Positions 34,369 to 45,025 are shown, counted from the stretch's first letter. The stretch: 46,386 nucleotides of DNA from a virus (IMGVR_UViG_2913167280_000002), one strand, 5' to 3'. Made by a program: numbers and translations. Notes: generated by a model not told the origin, from the sequence alone.

Positions 34369-34712
34369 TGAACTCCTTCAAAGAGGTTATAGCGCAAGAT
34401 ATTTCTGCAATATTCCTCAATGAAAAAGAGTTTGCCGATACATATAACATAGACGGCAAGGATATCCTTGCCGTAATTGATACAGACCTTATTCATGAGC
34501 GGAATAAACGCTCATATGCTGAGTTTGCAGAGGGAATAAATCAGGGGCAAATAATATTATTTGTTTCAAGAAAAGATTTTCCTGTTCTCCCTGTCAAAGA
34601 CCAGTCAATGAAAATCAACGGTAAAAATTATATTGTTGATGAAGTGTCAGATAATGTTGGTGTATTGGAAATAACTCTTACTGTTAATACTAACAGAGGA
34701 ATGCCGATTTGA
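34368..34712 (+). CDS. hypothetical head-tail connector or completion protein
   Basis: Position between capsid and tail genes. Confidence 0.4.
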   Translation: MNSFKEVIAQDISAIFLNEKEFADTYNIDGKDILAVIDTDLIHERNKRSYAEFAEGINQGQIILFVSRKDFPVLPVKDQSMKINGKNYIVDEVSDNVGVLEITLTVNTNRGMPI

Positions 34713-35194
34713 TTAATCTTTTGATAGATGCAATAAAAAATCGGTTGGAGCATGAGGTTTTCAATGATTTATTAGTACAGGGGCCTCCTTATGATGAAAC
34801 AGACAGTGATATTAAATTGTTTGTTCCAACAATATTTAAAGGGTACTTGCCTCCTAAATCACAACCATCTCCAGATAAACCGCCAGAATTTCCTCATGTA
34901 ATTATCAGGCCCACGGAAGGAGGAATGCAGCCTGAAACGGATGAAGTTAAGGTTAAGTTTCTTCTAGGTGGTTTTTGTGAGGACCATACTGGATATGAAT
35001 GGGTAATGGCTCTTCTTGAAAGGATGATGTTTCATTTTCAGGAGAAGCCTTTACTTGAAGAGAAATTTCTCTTTCAGGGTGATATCAGATGGCGAATGTT
35101 TGATGATCAACCATATCCATACTGGATAACGGAAGCAACTGGAACGTGGCTAGTATTAAAGCCTCAGAATATTCAGTCTCAGGAGTTTATCTAA
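34709..35194 (+). CDS. hypothetical head/tail completion protein
   Basis: TTG start with AGAGGA RBS. Confidence 0.4.
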   Translation: MINLLIDAIKNRLEHEVFNDLLVQGPPYDETDSDIKLFVPTIFKGYLPPKSQPSPDKPPEFPHVIIRPTEGGMQPETDEVKVKFLLGGFCEDHTGYEWVMALLERMMFHFQEKPLLEEKFLFQGDIRWRMFDDQPYPYWITEATGTWLVLKPQNIQSQEFI

Positions 35195-35485
35195 ATGGCT
35201 AATAAGAAAATTAGTAAAGAAGATATAGAAAAGAAGGAAGATGTTGATCAAACATTTGTGTATATAGGTCCAACAATCCCTCAAATCTCACTTTTGAAGC
35301 ATAAACTATTCAAGAATGGTTTATCTCCAGAGTGTGAAAAATTAATTTCATATATTCCTGGTGCAAAGTGTTTGTTTGTGGCAACCAGTGACTTTGCAGA
35401 TGCAGAAAAAAGACTTTCTGATAAAACCAGCGTTGAGTATGTAATGTACTCTCGTGTTTCTTCTTCTATCATGGAGATTAAATAA
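35195..35485 (+). CDS. hypothetical protein
   Basis: Coupled to the sheath gene (TAATG). Confidence 0.4.
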   Translation: MANKKISKEDIEKKEDVDQTFVYIGPTIPQISLLKHKLFKNGLSPECEKLISYIPGAKCLFVATSDFADAEKRLSDKTSVEYVMYSRVSSSIMEIK

Positions 35486-36948
35486 TGGGATATCGCCACG
35501 GTATTTATATATCTGAGCTGGCTACGTCTATAACTCCTCCTGTGCAAGTTAGTGCTGGGTTGATTGTTGCATTTGGCACGGCTCCTGTTAATCAGTTAGA
35601 AGATCCAGCATCAGCGGTAAATAAACCAATAATTGCTTATACCTACGCAGAGGCCGTATCTAAAATAGGATATAGCACAAACTTCGAGAAATATACTTTA
35701 AGCGAAGTAATTAAAGTCGCATTTGGCATATATGGTGTTGCGCCAGTTGTATTTATTAATGTGCTTGACCCAGCAAAGCATAAGAAAGACGTTACTGATG
35801 AGTTAGTAAAACTTTCTGGCGGGAAAGGTACGCTCTCTAACGATGGTGTCTTATATAAATCTGTTGTTGTGAAAAAAGCAGATGGTGATTCGCCTGGGTT
35901 AACGGTTGATACCGATTATGTGCTGGCGCTGGATGATAATGGCTATACGGTCATTACAGCTATTAGCGGAGGAAAAATTACCGAAAAAGACGCTACTCTT
36001 AAGGTTAGTTATACGCATCTTGATCCCGGTGCCGTAACTAAAAATGACGTTATCGGTGGTGTGGATTCCAACACTAAAGCCAATACAGGGCTTGAGTTAC
36101 TGTCAGATGTGTATCCCCGCTTCAAGTTAGTTCCTGGACAAGTGATTGCACCTGGATTTAGTTCTGATAGTGAAGTTGGTCAGCTAATGGCGGCTAAGGC
36201 CGCGCTGATTAGTGAATTGTTCAAAGCAGAAGCTATAACGGATGCGCCGACCGATAAATCTACTATCAGTGATTACTCGGCTGTTCCTGAATGGAAACAG
36301 AACAATAATCACATGGCCGCTAACCAGACAGTGTGCTGGCCGATGGTGAAACTTGGAGACAATATTTACCATCACTCAACCCATTTAGCGGCCGCAACAT
36401 GCTTGCTGGATAGTCAGTATGGTGATATTCCATCACGTTCTCCGTCAAATATAAAACTACAGATGGACGGTGCTGTACGTAAAGATGGCAGTGAAGTATG
36501 GCTTAACATTAGCCAGGCAAACTACTTAAATGGACAGGGGATTGTAACAAGCCTTAATTTTGATGGTTGGAAATCATGGGGAAACCGTAATGCTATTTAT
36601 CCAACATCTACAGACCCCAAAGACGCATTTCGTGTTTGCCGACGTATGTTTAACTGGGTGGGTAATACGTTAATTCTTTCGCATTGGTCAAAAATAGACA
36701 ATCCTGCAAACCGTCGATTAATTGAATCGATTGTTACAAGTGCGAATATTTGGCTTAACGGCCTCACAGGTAATCAGGATATTGCAGGTGGTGTTGTTAC
36801 CTTTGATCAGTCTGAAAACACGATTACGTCATTGATGGACGGGATTGTTAAATTCCATGTAAAAATGACACCATTCTCACCTGCCAGAGATATAGAGTTC
36901 GTCATGGAATATAATCCTGATTATCTGCTGAACTTGTTTTCTGAATAA
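35485..36948 (+). CDS. contractile tail sheath protein
   Basis: 487 aa, directly followed by the tube, chaperone and tape-measure genes. Confidence 0.75.
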   Translation: MGYRHGIYISELATSITPPVQVSAGLIVAFGTAPVNQLEDPASAVNKPIIAYTYAEAVSKIGYSTNFEKYTLSEVIKVAFGIYGVAPVVFINVLDPAKHKKDVTDELVKLSGGKGTLSNDGVLYKSVVVKKADGDSPGLTVDTDYVLALDDNGYTVITAISGGKITEKDATLKVSYTHLDPGAVTKNDVIGGVDSNTKANTGLELLSDVYPRFKLVPGQVIAPGFSSDSEVGQLMAAKAALISELFKAEAITDAPTDKSTISDYSAVPEWKQNNNHMAANQTVCWPMVKLGDNIYHHSTHLAAATCLLDSQYGDIPSRSPSNIKLQMDGAVRKDGSEVWLNISQANYLNGQGIVTSLNFDGWKSWGNRNAIYPTSTDPKDAFRVCRRMFNWVGNTLILSHWSKIDNPANRRLIESIVTSANIWLNGLTGNQDIAGGVVTFDQSENTITSLMDGIVKFHVKMTPFSPARDIEFVMEYNPDYLLNLFSE

Positions 36949-36964
36949 ATAATAGGAGGTTGCT

Positions 36965-37486
36965 TTGAGCAATCAAATTCCTGAGAGACTTATTAACTTT
37001 ACAGTATACGGTGAGGGAAACCGTATTATCGGTGTTGCTGACGCAAAGCTGCCATCAATTGAGATGATGACAGAGACAGTTAGTGGTGCAGGTATTGCTG
37101 GAGAGCTTGATAGCGGAACGCTGGGGCATTTCAAACCAATGACTGTCTCTCTTAAATGGCGAACCCTAACCTCTGCTGGTACAAAATTATTTCTATCCTC
37201 ATCGCATCAGGTAGATTTTCGCGGTAGCCAGCAGGTTTATGATGCCGGAACAGGAAAATATAAAACGGTTCCTATTCGAGCTTCAATGAAGCTAAACCCT
37301 AAAAAACTGGATTTGGGTTCGCTACAGGTAGCAAAGGCCACTGATTCAGAAAATGAATTCGAAGTTCTCTATATCAAATTATTTATTGATGGGAAAGAAG
37401 TTTTAGAAATTGATAAGTTGAACTTTATTTGTATCTTTGATGGCGAAGATATATTAAATACTGTTCGTGATGATTTAGGTTTATAA
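36965..37486 (+). CDS. tail tube protein
   Basis: 173 aa after the sheath gene; TTG start with AGGAGG RBS. Confidence 0.7.
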   Translation: MSNQIPERLINFTVYGEGNRIIGVADAKLPSIEMMTETVSGAGIAGELDSGTLGHFKPMTVSLKWRTLTSAGTKLFLSSSHQVDFRGSQQVYDAGTGKYKTVPIRASMKLNPKKLDLGSLQVAKATDSENEFEVLYIKLFIDGKEVLEIDKLNFICIFDGEDILNTVRDDLGL

Positions 37487-37495
37487 GGTGAAAAA

Positions 37496-37777
37496 ATGGA
37501 AACCGTTAAATTAAGTAAAGAATATCGTTTTGAAGACTTTGAGCCAGTGACTGAACTCAACCTTGATTTAGACAACCTAAAAGGCAGTGATATTTTAGAG
37601 GTATCGGACTTACTGCAATCTCAAGGGCATGTTTCAGTTCAAACATCACTTGATAATAAAGTCCATGTTGCCCTGGCAGCTCGCTGTATTGGCTGTCCAA
37701 TAGAGTATCTGAATGGATTGCCAGCGAAAGACTTTGTTAAAGTTTGTCAAAAGGTACAGAATTTTTTGCTCTCGTAG
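37496..37777 (+). CDS. tail assembly chaperone (P2 gpE-like position)
   Basis: Small acidic protein between tube and tape-measure genes; slippery heptamer near its 3' end. Confidence 0.5.
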   Translation: METVKLSKEYRFEDFEPVTELNLDLDNLKGSDILEVSDLLQSQGHVSVQTSLDNKVHVALAARCIGCPIEYLNGLPAKDFVKVCQKVQNFLLS

Positions 37778-37926
37778 GTTTTGATGAGCAAAAACCTATT
37801 GATAAGCAAATAATGAGGGCCGCGAGTTCTCTATCTCAATCATCTCAATCAACACCTATATCCTACTGGCTTTCGCTTCGGTTGAGGCGAATCGTCGCAT
37901 GGATTGATGTGTTTAATGAGGATTAA
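37744..37926 (+). CDS. frameshift extension of the tail assembly chaperone (P2 E+E'-like)
   Basis: Overlapping -1 frame ORF ending just before the tape-measure start. Confidence 0.4.
   Translation: MSKGTEFFALVGFDEQKPIDKQIMRAASSLSQSSQSTPISYWLSLRLRRIVAWIDVFNED
37762..37768 (+). other. programmed -1 ribosomal frameshift slippery site T_TTT_TTG
   Basis: Heptamer in the zero frame of the chaperone gene; the -1 frame continues as ORF 37744-37926. Confidence 0.5.
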
Positions 37927-37931
37927 TACTA

Positions 37932-40724
37932 ATGGCCAGCAATAAGAACTTTAAGCTGGCTTTTGAAATTGGCGGCAAAGTTGCCGCCTCTCTCCCCAAA
38001 AGTTTTACTACAGCTAATCAGGCTGTTGCTAAATTAAATGCCGAGCTTGCTGGATTAACGAAAGAACATGGGGAAATTCAAAAGCTACAATCTGTAAAAG
38101 TAAAGGTTGGACAGACTGCCCTCGAATATCATAAAGCTGCCGCTCGCGTTGAAGAGTTACAGAAGCAAATAAAAAACACGGCCAATCCAACCAGAGCGAT
38201 GCTTCGTGACTTTGAGAAGGCAAAAACACATTCATCGAATTTACGAGCATCACTACGTTCTCAGCGTGAAGAACTGGCCGCTTTAAAGTCTGCCTATCAG
38301 GGAGCTGATACATCTGCCAGAGCTTTGGCCTCAAGAGAGAAAGAGCTTAAAGCCAGCATTGATCGTAATCGTGAGGCTCAGGCCCGTAGCGTTGAGCAGG
38401 TTAACCGCTACAGAACGGCTTTGGCTTTAGCCAGAGCAAATGTTCAGCAAGTGAAAAAACAGCAGGAGGAACTTAACCGGGCATTAGAAAAACAACGTAT
38501 TGATAAAATTAACAGCTATAAAAATGCGTTGGCTGAAGCACGGAAAAATGTTCTTGCAGTAAAACGTGCTCAGGAGGAGTTAAACCGCGCGTTGGAAAGG
38601 CAGCGTGAATTGAAGCGAGAGCATCTTGGTGAGGCAAAGAGTCAACTTGTAAGGTCAGGATTACAAACTGGTGCTGTAGCTGCTGGTGCATTTGCTGCTG
38701 CTAACAATGCAGCAAATTTTAATCGTGAAAACAAAATGATTGGTCTTACGGCAGATATGAAGCCGGAAGAAGTTCAGGCGATGGGGCAGGCGATGCTTGT
38801 TACCGGAACGGCTACCAACCAGTTTGCATCTGATATTCAGGCCGCTCAGGGGTTTCTCGTCGCTGCTGGGCAGGATTATAAAGAGGCTCAGGCGAATCTA
38901 CTAACTATTGGACGAACAGCTACAGCTACTGGCTCTGATATCCTCGATGTCTCGAAAGCATCATTTACATTAAGTGACTCATTGAAGATTGATCCATCTC
39001 AAATGAAGTCTGCAATGGGGATTCTGGTTCAGGCAGGGAAAGAGGGAAACTTTGAATTTAAAGATATGGCCAAAAATCTTCCTGTGCTTGGTGCTCAGTT
39101 CCAGGCATTAAAAATGGGAGGTAAAGAAGCCGCCGCGACGATGGGGGCAGCTTTGCAGATAGCTCGCAAAGGTGCTGCAACTTCGGATGAGGCTGCTAAT
39201 AATATGAACAACTTTTTGGCGAAAATACTTTCCCCTGAAACACTAAAAAAAGCAAAGAAAAATTTCGGTGTAGATTTATATAAAATTGTCACAACAGCGC
39301 AGAAAAAAGGGAAGAATCCATTCGAAGCTGCAATGCATTCTGTCATGAAAATGACTAAGAACGGAGATCAGAAGTTACTTGGTGAGCTATTTGGCGATAT
39401 GCAGGTTCAGAACTTTGTTCGTCCGATGATTCAAAACTGGAAGGAATACCAGAGAATCAAAGCAACATCTCTTGGGGCTGGAAGTGCTGTTATTGACCGC
39501 GATTTTGCCAACATAACGAAAGACAATGCGGAGCGATTGAAACAATTACGTATTCAGGCTAGCAATGCATCATTAAGTTTTGGTCAGGCCTTGCAACCTG
39601 CTTTGAATGCCGCGCTTAGTGTTTTGGTTCCGCTGATTACAAAAATTAGTGAATTTGTAGCTAACAACCCCAATTTTGTGTCTCAGATTGTGATGGCGGC
39701 AGGTGCGTTTCTAACCATGAAAAGTGTGGTTATAGCGTGTAGGGTAGCTATGCTGGCTTTATCTGTAGCGACAAAGCTAACACCCTTCGGGTGGATTCAG
39801 ATGGCTATATCTGCGCTGGTTGCCGCAGGAATATTGCTCTATCAGAATTGGGATAAGATCAGAGATTATGCTGTCAGAGTTTGGCCTTCTGTTAAGGAAT
39901 ATACAGTTAAATCATTTGAGGCTATAAAAAACTTTATCTTAAACTTTGATCTCAATGGATGGATTATATCTATGTTTGGTAAAACATGGGATTATCTTTC
40001 CAACATAAACTGGAGTTCGGCAGGAGTAAGAATTTACAGTACATTAATTAGTGTTTTTAAATGGATGTCTCCGCTTCCGTTCTTAATTAAAGCATTTAAA
40101 CTTACAACAAATTACCTTTCTGGTATTAACTGGAGCGAAACAGGAAAGAAGATCATAGATACACTGGTATCTGTTTTTATGCGTTTTTCACCAGTTGGAC
40201 TCTTTATAAGAGCATTCCAATCTGTAACGGCTTATTTATCTGGAATAAACTGGAGTGAGTCAGGTGCAAAAATAATTGAGACGTTAATCACTGGGATAAA
40301 ATCAAAAGCAAATGCTTTAATTAATGAAGTGAAAGGCGTTTTTTCTTCTGTACGTGAGTATTTACCGTTCTCTGACGCGAAAAAAGGTCCATTCTCACAG
40401 CTAACAAAGTCAGGTGGTGCAATAATGACTACTCTGGCATCAGGCGTTAGCAGGAATAACAGCTTACAGAATGCAATAGCAACCAAGTTCGGGCAATCAA
40501 ATTTATCACCTCACGGGATATCTGCCGCCGGGACTTCTGGACCTCGCCAGAACGTTAACGCTGTGACTGGTGGAATAACCTATTCACCTGTAATCAATCT
40601 TCCGGCTGGTTCACCAAAGGAAACTGAGGCGGCAGCTAAAAGAGCATTAGATGCGGGATATTCTGATTTTGAGAAGAAATTGAGTGCTCATATGTTCCAA
40701 CAACGGAGATTAAGTTTTGGATGA
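37932..40724 (+). CDS. tail tape measure protein
   Basis: 930 aa, coiled-coil-rich N-terminal third, hydrophobic segments mid-protein. Confidence 0.8.
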   Translation: MASNKNFKLAFEIGGKVAASLPKSFTTANQAVAKLNAELAGLTKEHGEIQKLQSVKVKVGQTALEYHKAAARVEELQKQIKNTANPTRAMLRDFEKAKTHSSNLRASLRSQREELAALKSAYQGADTSARALASREKELKASIDRNREAQARSVEQVNRYRTALALARANVQQVKKQQEELNRALEKQRIDKINSYKNALAEARKNVLAVKRAQEELNRALERQRELKREHLGEAKSQLVRSGLQTGAVAAGAFAAANNAANFNRENKMIGLTADMKPEEVQAMGQAMLVTGTATNQFASDIQAAQGFLVAAGQDYKEAQANLLTIGRTATATGSDILDVSKASFTLSDSLKIDPSQMKSAMGILVQAGKEGNFEFKDMAKNLPVLGAQFQALKMGGKEAAATMGAALQIARKGAATSDEAANNMNNFLAKILSPETLKKAKKNFGVDLYKIVTTAQKKGKNPFEAAMHSVMKMTKNGDQKLLGELFGDMQVQNFVRPMIQNWKEYQRIKATSLGAGSAVIDRDFANITKDNAERLKQLRIQASNASLSFGQALQPALNAALSVLVPLITKISEFVANNPNFVSQIVMAAGAFLTMKSVVIACRVAMLALSVATKLTPFGWIQMAISALVAAGILLYQNWDKIRDYAVRVWPSVKEYTVKSFEAIKNFILNFDLNGWIISMFGKTWDYLSNINWSSAGVRIYSTLISVFKWMSPLPFLIKAFKLTTNYLSGINWSETGKKIIDTLVSVFMRFSPVGLFIRAFQSVTAYLSGINWSESGAKIIETLITGIKSKANALINEVKGVFSSVREYLPFSDAKKGPFSQLTKSGGAIMTTLASGVSRNNSLQNAIATKFGQSNLSPHGISAAGTSGPRQNVNAVTGGITYSPVINLPAGSPKETEAAAKRALDAGYSDFEKKLSAHMFQQRRLSFG

Positions 40725-40935
40725 TTATAGAACGGTTCAAGGGGACTCATGGGATAGTATCGCGTTAAAGTTGTATGGTAATGAGTACCTGTCTTATCTT
40801 CTTATTGATGCTAATACTGAGCACCGCTTTACGGTGCTTTTTTCTGCGGGAATTATTCTTAAAGTTCCTGATGCTCCGGTTATGCCAATATCAGTAAACA
40901 ATTTGCCTCCGTGGAGACGCAATAGTGTTACGTAA
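40717..40935 (+). CDS. small tail protein (P2 gpX-like)
   Basis: 72 aa with TVQGDSWDSIALKLYG pattern; TTG start. Confidence 0.45.
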   Translation: MDDYRTVQGDSWDSIALKLYGNEYLSYLLIDANTEHRFTVLFSAGIILKVPDAPVMPISVNNLPPWRRNSVT

Positions 40936-41926
40936 AACGCTTTTTGATGTTATATATCAGAATGTAAATATTACCGCTCATATGTCACCTGATGTTTTGT
41001 CAATGTCTTATACAGATAATGAAGATGGTCAGGTCGATGATGTTTCTATTATATTAAAAAATGATGATGGGAAATGGTCTGGAGACTGGACACCTAAAAA
41101 GGGTGATTTTATTGATTTGAGCTTTAAGCCTATAAATCAAATCGTCCTTGAGTGCGGGAAATTCCAGGTAGATGGCATAACTTGCTCTGGACCACCTTCT
41201 GTTGTTGAGGTGACTGCTGTTTCTGTTCCTGTTTCATCAGGCATTAGACGTGATTTAAAAAGTAATGCATGGGAAAAAACAACTCTTAAAGATATAGCAA
41301 CTTCTATAGCTAAATTAGCTAACCTTGAACTGTTGTTTCTTATTGATGGTGATAGTAATCCATATTATGCGCGTGAAGATCAAATGGAGGAAAGCGATTT
41401 AAAATTTCTCCATCGACTTTGCCAGGATGAAGGGTTGTCGTTAAAGGTCACTGATAGCCAATTAATAATATTTGCTCAAGAGATGTTTGAGCAAAAAGAT
41501 CCTATCGCTACGCTTACGTTAGGTATTGATGAGATAATCAGATATAGCTTTAGCACACAATCTACAGATTTGTATAAAAGTTGCACGTGCAAATATCGCG
41601 TACCTAAAAAAAGAAAGTCGCTTTCGTATACTTGGGTAGATCCATCCGTAGAAGAAGGGGCGAATCTTAAGATAAGAAAACTGGTAGCTAATTTAGATGA
41701 AGCAAAACGTAAGGCAAAGGCTGCTTTGCGGCTTAAAAATAGATATCAAAATACCGGATCTTTAGTATTGGTTGGAGACACCAGATTGGTAGCTGGTGTA
41801 ACTATAAATCTGGGCGGATTCGGTTCATTTTCTGGAAAATATCTTATATCGAAAGCTGTGCATTCAATTGGGGCTAGTGGTTATACCACCTCGATTGATG
41901 TCCGAAGAGTAATTAATGGGTATTAA
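40925..41926 (+). CDS. tail/baseplate hub protein (P2 gpD-like)
   Basis: 333 aa after the tape-measure gene; GTG start. Confidence 0.55.
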   Translation: MLRKTLFDVIYQNVNITAHMSPDVLSMSYTDNEDGQVDDVSIILKNDDGKWSGDWTPKKGDFIDLSFKPINQIVLECGKFQVDGITCSGPPSVVEVTAVSVPVSSGIRRDLKSNAWEKTTLKDIATSIAKLANLELLFLIDGDSNPYYAREDQMEESDLKFLHRLCQDEGLSLKVTDSQLIIFAQEMFEQKDPIATLTLGIDEIIRYSFSTQSTDLYKSCTCKYRVPKKRKSLSYTWVDPSVEEGANLKIRKLVANLDEAKRKAKAALRLKNRYQNTGSLVLVGDTRLVAGVTINLGGFGSFSGKYLISKAVHSIGASGYTTSIDVRRVINGY

Positions 41927-41928
41927 TT

Positions 41929-42549
41929 ATGAATGATTTAGAAACATTATTACGTCAGACTATAAGAGTTGGCGTTGTTTCTGATATTGATGATGGTGAT
42001 GTTACAGCAAGAGTTACTTTCGATGATCAGGATAACGTCACTTCGGCAAAGTTATCAGTTATTGTGAAAAATACAGATAAGAATGCTGATTACTGGATGC
42101 CAGATATTGGTGAGCAAGTTTTGTGTATCTTTCATCCCGCAGGGCCGCAACAAGGTTTTATTCTTGGTAGTTTTTATGATGAAACACAGAAGCCGCCATC
42201 TAATACTGTTAATAAACGCGTCATTAGATTTAATAACGGAACTCGTATTGAGATAGACAGAGAATCTAATTTACTCCTTGTTGATGCTGTCGGAGATGTA
42301 ACCGTTAAGGCTACAGGAACCGTAACTATTGATGCTCCAGAAACCATCATTACCGGAAATGCTACAGTTGAAGGATTACTAACCTTCAAAGGTGGAATGA
42401 AAGGATCTTCTGCTGGAGGTGTTGCAGCTACAATTTCTGGGAATGTTAAGGTTGTTGGTGGTGATATAGATGTTGATGGGATTAAATCTAAAGGCCACCA
42501 TCACACAGCTCAGGGGGAATACGCTCAGACAACGGAGGCTCAGGCATGA
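41929..42549 (+). CDS. baseplate spike/assembly protein (P2 gpV-like)
   Basis: 206 aa with C-terminal repetitive Gly/Val-rich region. Confidence 0.55.
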   Translation: MNDLETLLRQTIRVGVVSDIDDGDVTARVTFDDQDNVTSAKLSVIVKNTDKNADYWMPDIGEQVLCIFHPAGPQQGFILGSFYDETQKPPSNTVNKRVIRFNNGTRIEIDRESNLLLVDAVGDVTVKATGTVTIDAPETIITGNATVEGLLTFKGGMKGSSAGGVAATISGNVKVVGGDIDVDGIKSKGHHHTAQGEYAQTTEAQA

Positions 42550-43013
42550 TTGTGGGTATGCTTGGTACAATGCCTTTTGTTGCCTCATCAATAGTGGTGA
42601 ATACGTTCAACAATTTTAAAAGGACGTCAAAGCGTCGTGTAGCGCGCCATGATGTTATTGGGCTTAAACCTGTTCTGGAGGATATAGGTCCAGATCTGGA
42701 TGAAGTTAGTTTTAATATGCGGTTGGATACAACACTTGGCATTGTTCCATTGGCTGCGCTTTCATTACTTAGGACAATGCAATCAATTCAGGAAGTAAAT
42801 CCTGTTGTAATTGGTATTCAGTATTTTGGTAATTTTATAATTACAGATATAGAGGAATCATGGACTTATTTCGGTCCAACTGGGAATCCACGAGTGATTA
42901 TCGTCGGCATTAAATTACAGGAAGTCGGACAGACCTCTCTGAAAGAAGCATTAGTTGATATTGCTGGCAATATAGAGTCAAAAACTAGAAGTGCGTTAGG
43001 TAAATTATTATGA
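42546..43013 (+). CDS. baseplate/tail protein
   Basis: Coupled ORF within the baseplate cluster. Confidence 0.4.
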   Translation: MIVGMLGTMPFVASSIVVNTFNNFKRTSKRRVARHDVIGLKPVLEDIGPDLDEVSFNMRLDTTLGIVPLAALSLLRTMQSIQEVNPVVIGIQYFGNFIITDIEESWTYFGPTGNPRVIIVGIKLQEVGQTSLKEALVDIAGNIESKTRSALGKLL

Positions 43014-43330
43014 ATAATACGTTTACCATATCATCACCTTCTTACTCGATTGATTGGTCGCCCAAAACAGTTGTAGAAGAAGTTTTGCAAAATGTCTCTA
43101 CTATTATTAATACTCAGATTGGCACTGTACCATATGCCAGAAAATTAGGAGTTAATTCAAGTCTTGTTGATAGCCCCAGTCCAATTTTTATTGCTACAGC
43201 AACACGAGAAATAATTCAAAAAATTAGTGAGTTTGAGCCTAGAGCGATTATCCATTCTGTTAGTTTTGAAAGAACAGACGTTTCTGATGGTTTTATTAGG
43301 CCAAAAGTTGTGATAGGAGTTAGAGAATGA
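43010..43330 (+). CDS. baseplate protein (gpW/gp25 family)
   Basis: 106 aa directly upstream of the J-like gene. Confidence 0.55.
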   Translation: MNNTFTISSPSYSIDWSPKTVVEEVLQNVSTIINTQIGTVPYARKLGVNSSLVDSPSPIFIATATREIIQKISEFEPRAIIHSVSFERTDVSDGFIRPKVVIGVRE

Positions 43331-44451
43331 CGTTGCCGCGTGGTGGTTTGCCAGATATTACTTTCGCAGATTCTAACCCGACTGATATAACAACTCGTTC
43401 AATCAGGGCTTTTGAGAGTATAACAGGTGAAACATTAGCACCTGCTGATCCACGTAGATTATTCATCTTATCATTGTGTGAGATTATTATACAGCAAAGA
43501 AAAGCTATCGATTTTTCTGCAAAACAAAACCTTCTTACATATGGTGAAGGTGAATATCTCGACCATATAGGCTATCTGACGGATACGCCTAGGTTGGAAG
43601 CTCAATCTGCCTTGACTACATTTGAGTTTAATCTGTCAACAAAATTATCGGGGATATATACAATACCTTCTGGCACTCAAGTTTCAACTGGAAATGGTGT
43701 TATTTTCCAAACAGATGTTTTGTTGGAAATACCTGCTGGGAAAACAGTTGGTACAGTCTCAGGATATGCTGTTATACCTGGTTTATCGGGGAATGGCTTT
43801 TTACCAGGGCAAATAAATGAGTTGGTGACTCCGTTGCCGTATGTTTCCAGCGTAAGGAATCTAACAACATCTAATTCTGGTGCTGATACAGAGTCAGATG
43901 ATAATTATGCTGAAAGAATAAAACTGTCGCCGGAAAAACTGTCTACAGCAGGGCCGGAGGATTCTTATAAATATTGGACAAGAACAGCCAATCAGAATAT
44001 AAAAGATGTGAATGTATATACACCATCGCCCGGAACTGTAGAAATCCGTTCTTTGTTAGAGAACGGAGATATACCTTCTGATGAACTATTGGAGCAGATA
44101 AATAGCGTTCTCTCTGCAACTAATATTCGACCATTCACAGATAAAGTTCTTGTTAAGAAACCAGAGAGCATTGAATACGATATAATAATTAAATACTGGA
44201 TTAACTCATCGGACAAAAACAGAACAACATTAATTCAAAGTGAGGTTGAGAAAGCTATTGATGAGTATAAACAATGGCAACGTTCGGTTATGGGAAGAGA
44301 TATAAATCCAGATGAAATTATTCAACGTTTAAAAAATGCCGGGGCTAAAAGATTAGAAATATCAAGTCCTGTATTTACTGTGGTTGGAGAGACGCAGGTC
44401 GCCAGAGAGAGAAATATAAATTGCCAGTATGCGGGGTTAGAGGATGGCTGA
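43327..44451 (+). CDS. baseplate J-like protein
   Basis: 374 aa in the baseplate cluster. Confidence 0.6.
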   Translation: MTLPRGGLPDITFADSNPTDITTRSIRAFESITGETLAPADPRRLFILSLCEIIIQQRKAIDFSAKQNLLTYGEGEYLDHIGYLTDTPRLEAQSALTTFEFNLSTKLSGIYTIPSGTQVSTGNGVIFQTDVLLEIPAGKTVGTVSGYAVIPGLSGNGFLPGQINELVTPLPYVSSVRNLTTSNSGADTESDDNYAERIKLSPEKLSTAGPEDSYKYWTRTANQNIKDVNVYTPSPGTVEIRSLLENGDIPSDELLEQINSVLSATNIRPFTDKVLVKKPESIEYDIIIKYWINSSDKNRTTLIQSEVEKAIDEYKQWQRSVMGRDINPDEIIQRLKNAGAKRLEISSPVFTVVGETQVARERNINCQYAGLEDG

Positions 44452-45025
44452 TATCTTTAATGTTAGCTTGTTGGATGTTTTACCTCCTAACTTAGCTAGA
44501 GATCCCAACGTGATAGCTATGTCGAAAGCTATCGATGATGAACTACAAGCAATTAATAATTTAATATATAAGACAGAAATATATAGCGTTGTTGATAACC
44601 TGGACTCAGTTGTTCTCGATCATTTAGCCTGGCAATGGAATGCTGATACATGGAGGGATAGTTGGCCTGTATCGTTAAAGCGTTCTGTTTTTAAATCAAT
44701 AATACGAACAAAGCGAATAAAGGGTACAAGGGCAGCGGTTGAAGATGTAGTAAATAGCTTGGGTGGAGAGGTAAACATAACAGAATGGTTTGAAACATCA
44801 CCACCTGGCGAACCATATACAGCCTCAATTGTTGCTTCGATTAACTCTTTTGATGGTGCCGTTCCTTCGAAAGAGATGTTGGAAGATACGTTAAGAAGTA
44901 TCAAGAGCGCAAAGTCGGCAAGAACATTATTTACATTTTCGCAAGCTGCCAATGTTTCTGGTGGTGTTGGTATTGTTGGTGCTTGTCAGCCTGTGTCCTA
45001 TGTACGATTAATTGGCGAGTGCTAA
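44444..45025 (+). CDS. tail protein (P2 gpI-like)
   Basis: 193 aa immediately upstream of the tail fibre gene. Confidence 0.5.
   Translation: MADIFNVSLLDVLPPNLARDPNVIAMSKAIDDELQAINNLIYKTEIYSVVDNLDSVVLDHLAWQWNADTWRDSWPVSLKRSVFKSIIRTKRIKGTRAAVEDVVNSLGGEVNITEWFETSPPGEPYTASIVASINSFDGAVPSKEMLEDTLRSIKSAKSARTLFTFSQAANVSGGVGIVGACQPVSYVRLIGEC

Noticed and set aside
42174-42742. Minus-strand ORFs inside the baseplate genes
   Set aside because: They are antisense to tightly coupled structural genes.
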